From positions 13,950,001 through 14,014,000 of the forward strand of contig OZ059900.1 in NCBI GenBank assembly GCA_964057225.1: 64,000 nt of DNA, read 5' to 3'. This DNA comes from Auanema rhodensis (Eukaryota > Animalia > Nematoda). Positions 9,302 through 25,004 of this stretch are shown one piece after another (the stretch's first letter is position 1; each line of letters begins with the position of its first letter). The notes below the pieces were generated by a model. It saw only the letters and a list, made by a program, of their open reading frames with translations, did no database searches and was not told the DNA's origin. Position numbers and translations under genes: made by a program.

Positions 9302-12300
9302 ATAGTCCAAAAAAATTATCATTTATCAAACAAACAACATATGCTTTCAAGAAAAAAAATGATAACAGAAGAATAATGAAGAGAAAATACAAAAATCAAG
9401 TTGGTTAGACTCTTCAGGAACAAGCCGATTCTCCAATTTACAAGTTCTTTAAAATATAGAGTCACTTAGCTGTCAATAGCAAAAGGTATGCAGACATGAG
9501 AGGATCATTAGATATTGATGTTTTATTTTTGGTTTTTGTATTATTGAACGAAATAAATCCGCAATTATACAAATACTACAGTAATAGTAAAAATGAAAAA
9601 AAATATGAGAAATGGTAAACACTTTCCAATTTTTTCCGCCAAGACACTTTATGGCGTCTTTTTTGAATATATATGAGATATATATTAGTATTTTAATGTT
9701 ATTTATCATTTTTTGAATGTTTGCCAATTTTTTTATTTATAATATTCGACAGTTTTTAGGCTTTTGATATCTTAACTATGCTTACCAATATCATTTATCG
9801 AGTTATGAAAACGATCTTCGGATTCATTCCCCGCTTATGTTTCAATTATAAGCCAAAGCGGTGTGAAAGAGCTAGCCATTCTCATATATACTCATCTCCT
9901 ATCTCCCATTCAAGTAAGATTCAAATCGTTTCTTTGCTTTGAAGACAGATTTTTTCAAATATAGCCGATTTTACGGAAATTCTTCAAACTCCACGAAAAG
10001 GCCTTGCTTCCAGTCAGACGAGAGGTAACGATTTGTATTTCATTTCATTACAATGTTTTTTTGTTTAGAACATTCTTCCCGTACCAGAAGAAATATTGCC
10101 AAAAAACTTTTCTAATTTTCTTTTTCTTTGAATTATTGTGCATTCTCATAAGTATTACTTTCTATGAATATTTGTATTTTTTTACAAACAAAGATTCTGT
10201 GATTTTCTTTTCAAGAATGTAAATTTTCTGTTTATTCATTCGCATATACATTACCTGCATATACTTTATCCGCATATACTTTATCCGCATATACTTTATC
10301 CGCATATATAACCTTTTTTGATTGTGAAACTATATTATAACTTTTTTTATTAAATAAAATATTTTTATAATTAGAAGCATCATTTATTTGATTAAAAAGG
10401 TGAAATAATTTCATTCTCTGCGTGCTACGATTCAATGTATGGAGTTTTCATAATTCAGAGTTTATACATCTCTCATAACATGCTTTAACTTCCGATTGCG
10501 TAGATGGCGCGTAAAATATGTAAAAACTGTCATTATATTATAATTTGTCAGAAAGCTAATAAGAATATTCAGCTAAATAAGATGAAAAAAAGTTTTTTTA
10601 GTGTGCGCAAAAGTTTCTGGCCAACCGCACTGAAATTTGAATAAAAATTTAAAAATTGTAAATTGCCATAAACCAAATTTCAAAATAATATTCGATAAAG
10701 TGTTTTTAATTGAAATTATTTTAAAAAATTCTATTTCTGCTTTTTCGTTTTGCTTCTGCTCTTGTTTTCTAACTGTTTTAAGCTGTATTTCAATCGAGGT
10801 TTGATTGCTTTGAATACTCTTAACCTTCTTCAATCCACTTAGGGTGAAGATATTGCTTCCATAAGTATTTGTGTATCAAATTTTATGTAACTCCTGGTGA
10901 AGCAGTAATAAATGAAATTGAATTAACTTTTTTTATTAAATAAAATATTTTTATAATTAGAAGCATCATTTATTTGATTAAAAAGGTGAAATAATTTCAT
11001 TCTCTGCGTGCTACGATTCAATGTATGGAGTTTTCATAAGTCAGAGTTTATTCATCTCTCATAACATGCTTTAACTTCCGATTGCGTAGATGGCATGTAA
11101 AATATGTAAAAACTGTCAGTAACAACCAGCTTGAAATTATAATTTGTCAGAAAGCTAATAAGAATATTCAGCAACGTAAGATGAAAAAGAATTTTCATTC
11201 TTATTTCTTGTCAAAATGTTTGTTCATCTCTCATAACATGTTTTACTATAATTCAATTTCATTTATTACTGCTTCACCAGGAGTTACATAAAATTTGATA
11301 TACAAATACTTATGGAAGCAATATCTTCACCCTAAGTGGATTGAAGAAGGTTAAGAGTATTCAAAGCAATCAAACCTCGATTGAAATACAGCTTAAAACA
11401 GTTAGAAAACAAGAGCAGAAGCAAAACGAAAAAGCAGAAATAGAATTTTTTAAAATAATTTCAATTAAAAACACTTTATCGAATATTATTTTGAAATTTG
11501 GTTTATGGCAATTTACAATTTTTAAATTTTTATTCAAATTTCAGTGCGGTTGGCCAGAAACTTTTGCGCACACTAAAAAAACTTTTTTTCATCTTATTTA
11601 GCTGAATATTCTTATTAGCTTTCTGACAAATTATAATATAATGACAGTTTTTACATATTTTACACGCCATCTACGCAATCGGAAGTTAAAGCATGTTATG
11701 AGAGATGTATAAACTCTGAATTATGAAAACTCCATACATTGAATCGTAGCACGCAGAGAATGAAATTATTTCACCTTTTTAATCAAATAAATGATGCTTC
11801 TAATTATAAAAATATTTTATTTAATAAAAAAAGTTATAATATAGTTTCACAATCAAAAAAGGTTATATATGCGGATAAAGTATATGCGGATAAAGTATAT
11901 GCGGATAAAGTATATGCAGGTAATGTATATGCGAATGAATAAACAGAAAATTTACATTCTTGAAAAGAAAATCACAGAATCTTTGTTTGTAAAAAAATAC
12001 AAATATTCATAGAAAGTAATACTTATGAGAATGCACAATAATTCAAAGAAAAAGAAAATTAGAAAAGTTTTTTGGCAATATTTCTTCTGGTACGGGAAGA
12101 ATGTTCTAAACAACAAAACATTGTAATGAAATGAAATACAAATCGTTACCTCTCGTCTGACTGGAAGCAAGGCCTTTTCGTGGAGTTTGAAGAATTTCCG
12201 TAAAATCGGCTATATTTGAAAAAATCTGTCTTTAAAGCAAAGAAACGATTCGAATCTTACTTGAATTTGAGATAGGAGATGAGTATATATGAGAATGGCT

Positions 12301-12884
12301 AGCTCTTTCACACCGCTTTGGCTTATAATTGAAACATAAGCGGGGAATGAATCCGAAGATTGTTTTCATAACTCGATAAATGATATTGGTAAGCATAGTT
12401 AAGATATCAAAAACCTAAAAACTGTCGAATATTATAAATAAAAAAATTTTGAAAAAAATTGGCAAACATTCAAAAAATGATAAATAACATTAAAATACTA
12501 ATATATATCTCATATATATTCAAAAAAGACGCCATAAAGTGTCTTGGCGGAAAAAATTGGAAAGTGTTTACCATTTCTCATATTTTTTTTCATTTTTACT
12601 ATTACTGTAGTATTTGTATAATTGCGGATTTATTTCGTTCAATAATACAAAAACCAAAAATAAAACATCAATATCTAATGATCCTCTCATGTCTGCATAC
12701 CTTTTGCTATTGACAGCTAAGTGACTCTATATTTTAAAGAACTTGTAAATTGGAGAATTGGCTTGTTCCTGAAGAGCCTAACCAACTTGATTTTTGTATT
12801 TTCTCTTTATTATTCTTCTGTTATCGTTTTGTTTCTTGAAAGCATATGTTGTTTGTTTGATAAATGATAATTTTTTTGGACTAT
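9302..12884. repeat. Large inverted repeat: arms 9302-10925 and 11249-12884, 323-bp spacer
   Basis: Four mirrored ORF pairs in the track (e.g. 10573-10833(-) and 11341-11601(+)). Coordinate sums are 22174 (inner) and 22186 (outer), consistent with one 12-bp indel. Roughly a dozen substitutions. Confidence 0.97.
11866..11940 (+). repeat. 15-bp minisatellite (TATATGCGGATAAAG), 3 perfect plus 2 degenerate copies; mirrored at 10234-10308
   Basis: Directly visible; it produces the YADKV repeats in the ORF track. Confidence 0.92.
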
Positions 12885-13327
12885 TCTTCTTTATTATTAA
12901 AAAATTCCAATAATTACAATAAATGAAGGTAACTAATATATGAATATTGAATTGTATTAAAAAAATTTGATTGAATCGTAAGGGTATATTAAAACTAGTT
13001 CTTTAAAGAAAGAAAAATATATATATATATAGATAAGAACTACAGAGAGATCTCTTGATCTAATACATGTTACACATCTACATGCTATGTCTACAATCCA
13101 ATATGATTACTTGTAGAACAAAATGAGAGGGCGATAAAACACAGCGAGTATTGTCATAAATACAACCGTTACTGAGTCACACGTATAAAGTAAAGAAGAA
13201 TTGTAATTATTAATACAGAGATATTAAAATATATCAAAATTAAAGAAGTCAACAACAGCGTGATTAGAGCATAAAATATTAAGATGAGAAATATCAAAAT
13301 AGATGTTTTTGAAGTTCATAAATTCAA

Positions 13328-18960
<5,633 letters not shown>

Positions 18961-19599
18961 TAATACTTCCTTTTATTAAACTGTTTATTAAAAAGAGCAA
19001 TTGCCAAAGTAAGAAAATTCAACGGGTTAAGACTAAAAAACGGTTGTTCCTTTAGTTACTATAAGAAATATCTTACCCGTGGATCTGTGCATATAAAATA
19101 AGAAGGCTATGCCTATCCGATGAGTTTTATTACCTTAAAAAACTTATTTTTAAGTTGTTTACTCTTAGTTGTATGAAGAGAGGATACTAAAGAAAAATAA
19201 CAAAAACTGTAATTGTAAATATATTGATGAATACAAAGATTTTGCAAAGTCTTGAAATTGATTTCTTCTCAATGAAACAATAGTTTAATCTTTTTGAATG
19301 TCTTTTTTTGGATTTAAGAATTAGAATTAACAGATATTCAAAAATTTTAAATAAGCATGCATATTGTAAAACAATCTTTCAAAATCTGTACGATAAACAT
19401 TAAACAACATAAAAAAAAACTTTTAAACGTGTTTTACATTTTTTTAATAGCCGTTAGTACTTTTTTGATTTATTGGTTAACTGTACACTGATGAAATATA
19501 ATTAAAAAGAACATAATATAAATAGTATTAAGGAAAATCTGAGTGTTTAACTATAAAAAATTAATATATCGAAGAAATGTAAAATCACCACGCTTATGA

Positions 19600-19860
19600 A
19601 CTCGTTGCTCAGGTGCTTACTTGCGTATGCATCGCCAACTAAGAGTAACTGTGCCGGTACCAGAGATACAAAGACTAATTGAGTTGCGAGCGTCAGGTCA
19701 AAATAGAGACATAGAAAGACAACCTAGCAACCGCACGCACTGCCATATGATCGATTTGTTTTCGCGCCAAGTGAAAATAGTGTGCTGAGGTGATAGAGTT
19801 TGACTGTTAAAGAGAGTGCAAAGACGACGCGGCGGTCTCTTCGTTTACCATACTATTTCA
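19600..19860. promoter_or_regulatory. GC-enriched putative hpk-1 promoter island with an E2F/DRM-type site
   Basis: Local GC/CpG rise ~0.7 kb upstream of the ATG; TTTTCGCGCCAA at ~19759-19770 matches the E2F consensus. Confidence 0.4.
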
Positions 19861-20569
19861 AATTCGCATTGAGTCATACTTCAACCAGTATTTCGAATAT
19901 TTTTTGAATGTATGAACTAATTCGTAAATATTTCAAGATTTTCTATTGAACCATTATTACAATTTGGAAAATTGGCGCACAATCTCCATTATAAAAACAA
20001 AACACTGTTAAAAAAACATTTATCTGTTTTTCATATCTAATATATGATGGAGAGAGTAATCATTAGAATTAAATGACAATAAGCATTAATTCCTTTTTTT
20101 TTCAAAATTATAGATATCTTTGGTTTATAATTACTTGATGTGTCAGCATCTTTAGAAAATAATTTTAGAGTATATTGGAAAGTAAAACACTGAGCATGCT
20201 TTTTATGATACAAACACAACCATATAACACCCTATCCTTTAAAATCTATTTGAATAAATACTGATTAACGATTACGAATCTATTTATATGAAGAAAAGTA
20301 ATTCATGCTTTGTTTTCTCTTCACTACACAATGCTGCATTTGGTTTTATCAAACATTTTGAATAACTAAAACTTTGTAGAAAAATAAAAAATGTCGAATC
20401 TTCAAAAGAAGAAGATGTTCAAAATTCTATATCTTGGTTAAGATTAAAATACATATCGATGAAATAGTAGAGCAAATCAATTAGAATATGTGATCATTTA
20501 AAGAAAAAACAGTTGAGAAAATATAACACAAAAGAAAAAAAAGAGATATCAGAGAAATCAAGAGAGACC

Positions 20570-20700
20570 AAAACAACAAGAGAGGAAATACATAGGATTG
20601 CTAGAGTGAAAAAGAAATAGAGAGAAAAAGAGAGAGAAAAAGAGAAAGAGAGAGAGAGAAAGATTGATAGAGAGGAAGAGAACAGTACAAAAACAAAAGG
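20570..20700. repeat. GA-rich low-complexity purine tract
   Basis: agagagaaaaagagagagaaaaagagaaagagagagagagaaag... Confidence 0.7.
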
Positions 20701-21516
20701 CGATTAAGTTGAAAATAAATATAGAACGATTATCTGATAACTCCTTCATTGTCTTTTAGAGCAATGAAAATCACGAATCATAAAGAAAGCAATAACATAG
20801 CTGATCTTCTTTGAAGATTTTATTTTTTTGAATCTGTTTTACATATATTTCAAAACAACATAGAGTTTGAAGCAGCAATACTGATTGTTTTTGATAAATG
20901 AATTGATTCAAAGTCGAAAAAAACAGTTTTTTTTGTTGGTTTTTAGTGATTACAAGGGCTGTATCATGGTTTACGAAGATTAATTATTTTGATCGTTGAC
21001 ATTGGAAGCATTATCATTCATGTATTCTAATATCAACATTAACAAGAAATTCAGATTAGGAACAAATTTTTGAAGTTTTTTCTTTTTAAAAGTTAACATT
21101 GTTAAACTTAAAGTATAAAATATATAGTATTATAGAAATAATAAATGTTTAGTACTGTTTCAAGGTTACTAATATCAAAACTATTACCATTAAGTTTGTT
21201 GCACAAATATGGTTTGAAGTTTTAAATTGAATTCACGTCTTCCTTCTATTGTAGAAGAAAAAAATGAAATTCTGGAAATGGAAAAGTATGTTTCTGAAAC
21301 ATTGTTTAGGTTTAATACATTGATCGTTTTCGGCAAACCCAAACAATTATGATATTTTATAATTACCATATACTATTCTTATATCTCATCTGTAATTAAA
21401 ACGGGAGTTTGATGTCAAAAAACATTGTGAATACCATTTTTACTTGAGCTTCACTAATGTGAACACATATATATACAACATTATTAAAACTTGATTCTAA
21501 AAACAAGAATTTTTCA

Positions 21517-23359
21517 TTAGTGATATGTTGAGTTTGGGCCTGATAACGCTGTATCCTCATCGCTTTTTTCATCAGATTCGCTTTCAAATGGATTTTTGTA
21601 AAAGTGTAAAGATCCACCACATTGTTTAGCAGCATCAGCTACGGTTTGTTTTCCCACAGGAGTTGCTTCTATAGATCTGTCACGTCTTCCCTGAGGAGAT
21701 ACTGTAATAGTAATTCCTGAATGTTTTAAAGACAAAAAAGTTGATCATACATGCAGATTCACTAGTTGTTTTTTCTCTCATTGTCGACCGTTGTTTAGGT
21801 TGTATAAATGCTCGAATGCCTGCTACTAAATGTTATAATAATAATGTATTTAGTAAAGCTTACCGCATACACTTTGATCATTATCTTTCGACATAATTAG
21901 CAACTGCCGTTGCAATGATAACTCTCGTAAATGCCTTTGAGTATCTCTCACATTAGCATATTCTTCTAACTGAGTTCTAAGTTCAAATATTTTAAAAATT
22001 CAAAATGAATATTTTATACTTTGAAGTTTTGTAGTCTCTCCATTGTTGCCCTTCTCTTTTTCCAAAGAATATAATGCTTAAAACTAGAACAAGGAAGATA
22101 CAAACTACAGCTATAACTGGAAAGAGCAGGATTCCTTCTAAAAAGCTGAATCTATTATTCAAGCTTCTAACTTGATGAGGGGGATCTTGCGGTGCTTCTT
22201 CCTAAATATATCCTATGCAAGTGTTAAATACATATCTACTTACTTTATATCCTTCTAAGTAAATAGGACGAATTGTGTTTTCAAGTGAAGGCTGATATGT
22301 TGCTGAGGGAAGATTTGTATACTTTTTCTTCAATATTTTAAATTAGAAATTGAGCGTAATTGATTATTACATACGGTTTTCGTTTTACACCAGTCAATAG
22401 AGAATCGAAGTGAAGCAAAGTGACGATTAACGGGAATCATATGGTTTTTCTTACACGCTGCTCCACGATTTTGTAAAGAGCTTACAAAATTATGTAGTCT
22501 AGTCGTAAATCTGCTTTGAGTACCAATCGATATTACAACTCTAGAATATATATTTGTAATGCATACTAAACAACAGAGAACTAACCCTTTATGCTCGGAT
22601 TGTAATAGTTTTATACCAGGAACTACAAACTCAGGCGCTATTTCAAATATGTATGGGTACGCTTGATCAGCACTGAAAGCGGTGGAAATAGCTCTTTCCA
22701 GGTTTTCTTAAAACAATTTAATTACTCCGAATGTTAAGAGAGGATACCAATCATTCCAGTTCTATCTCTTAGAATACTTTCTGGATCCTTTTCCGATACA
22801 GTTAATTGTAGTATTTCTTGAGTTACCCCAGTGAATCGCTCTGTAATTTTAATAACTTAATCAACTATCTTTTTTAAATATTTAAAAACCATCTTCATTG
22901 AGTGAGATAACAAGTTGTTGCTGCTCACTCTCAAAAGTGTCAAGACGTGTAGCTATGACATGTATCAATACTTGCTTTTGGGTGGTTATTGGCGTTCCTG
23001 TAAAAAATAGACAAATACAATAATAACAGTGCTTGTACTAAAACTGTGAAGTCACAAACCTGTGAGATACGCAAGAGCAGAGTACTTTGATTCGACAAGC
23101 TTTAGCCAATGTGGTAAAACTGGACGGTTCTTGGACGTTGCTGACCATTTTACACCCACTTAAAAAAAGTTTTTTTATTACAATTATTAAACCCACAAAA
23201 AAAAATAATGAAAATATTACCGGTAGAATTAAAAAAAGAGGCTGAATGAAGTGTATGAATAAAAAATTTTCCTTTAATAGCCCGTGCTTCAAGTGTACGA
23301 AAAGTATATACAATTGAGGTGTTAATTAAAAATAAAATTAGAATAGCATAGAACTGCAT
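21517..23359 (-). CDS. sgca-1: Alpha/epsilon-sarcoglycan, multi-exon
   Basis: Signal peptide MQFYAILILFLINTSIVYT; cadherin-like segment WSATSKNRPVLPHWLKL...AYLTGTP; TM LLFPVIAVVCIFLVLVLSIIFF followed by GKREGQQWRDYKTSK-TQLEEYANVRDTQRHLRELSLQR, matching the RREG..RD..T..IQ...LR cytoplasmic motif of the family. Confidence 0.85.
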
Positions 23360-24554
23360 TTTGGCAAGCACACTCAATCAATTCAAACGAGAAGATGGGA
23401 AAATTGAGAAGGAAACTTTGAGGCAGAAAAATTACATCGAACAATTGGCAATGCTAAAGTGTGCAACAGCTGACAAACATATCTCTGTTACAACTGATAT
23501 TCGTTTTGATTGGCAAATAAAAATTGCTCGGATATTAATACTAATGACGTTTGACTTAATAAAAAAATAATTATGATAAATTGATATTGTTTAAGAAATC
23601 AGAAAATCAGTTTTTTTCAAAAACAAATTTTTTGGTTATCTTTCAATTGTCACGAAAAAACCATTGCAGAACTCCTAAGCCAATACTAAGCATGGTTTCT
23701 AAAATCTTGCATTTTGAATATTATCGTATTATTATATTTTTAAAATAGTGTTCAATTCAGCTTTGTAATGGTTTTTTTTATTATAAATTGTTCGTTTATA
23801 GCCTGTTGGGATGAGACAACAGCCTGGAAATAGAGGTCTTAGTTTCACAGGATATTACAGATAGAACAATACTCTTGTCGCTTGTAAACCCATAGAATAT
23901 TTCTTAATGATTTAGATCTCATACTTCATCAAAAGATCTTCAATTTATATATTCGTAATGTTTATTATTGTATTTCAGAAAGTACTATTTGGTGAAAAAG
24001 ATGCAGAACAAAATAACATTAAAAGAGGTCATAGCCAGTCGAACAACGGAGAAAATCAGTAAGAAGACAATCTGCAAGGTCAGACCTTCTCAGAAAGTTG
24101 TTTAACCGTCATGCTAGACGAGAACAGTTCTGCACTTTAGATCGATCTATGTCTTATGAACTCTTACAACACAGACAAATACATGAGTGATGGAAAAAAC
24201 TTTGTTTATAATAAAAGAATAACTAAAAATATGAAAACACTTCAATCATTCGCATCATTAAAAAGCTGAAAATAAAATAACATTCATAAAAAAAAACTAG
24301 GGAGGGGATGGGGAAAAAGGGGGTTATATTTATTAAGCGGAGACGGTCTAGATAACATGATTGAAAACAATAATACGATCAGATCTTCCTTTTGAAAGCT
24401 TCAAAAAGTATTTGTATTTGTATAATACAAAATACTTTTTGCTGGGAAAATTAAATAAACTATAACATCTGTAGAAAACTTTTTGCAGTTCATAAATAAT
24501 TCAAATTCATCAAGAATATTGATTAATTAGAAAAAAAAATTATATGCTATATGC

Positions 24555-25004
24555 TCAAAAACGTATTCGTAAATGGCTGCGCACACGGTCTAGCTTTATG
24601 GAATCATCTTTTGTAAGATCAATTAATGTGAGTATTCCCTCAATATGATCCATACCTTCTTCATAAAAGTAATCAAATTCTCTTTGAAATTCATCCATAC
24701 ATACTTCAAAAGTACTGTTTGTAACACCTCGAGACAGAAAAAGACGAGTAATCAAATGTTTAAGAGTATAATGTACACGTCGTCCTTCAGCTAATTGCTC
24801 ACAACGTCTTATAGCATCTTCTCGAATATCTTCAACACATGTGCAGTCTACCATATGACTTTTAGAATGTTCTTCAAATTGTTGATACAAATCTCGAGCT
24901 GCGCGCGAATCACTACGTACGCCTAGTAACAATTTTTCTACTTTTTCTCGTAAAAGATGGCCTTCCTGTAGTGATTCCAGGCTGTGACATAATAGCATAA
25001 TCAT
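24555..25004 (-). CDS. Uncharacterised ~149-aa soluble, probably helical protein; intronless CDS
   Basis: Long ORF with protein-like composition in AT-rich DNA. ATG immediately follows a TTATAG acceptor; an upstream non-coding exon has a GTAAGT donor (~25061). Confidence 0.7.
   Translation of the reverse strand: MIMLLCHSLESLQEGHLLREKVEKLLLGVRSDSRAARDLYQQFEEHSKSHMVDCTCVEDIREDAIRRCEQLAEGRRVHYTLKHLITRLFLSRGVTNSTFEVCMDEFQREFDYFYEEGMDHIEGILTLIDLTKDDSIKLDRVRSHLRIRF

Noticed and set aside
9473-12713. Four pairs of identical or near-identical ORFs (67-86 aa)
   Set aside because: They are by-products of the inverted repeat, start at non-ATG codons and have AT-biased low-complexity composition.
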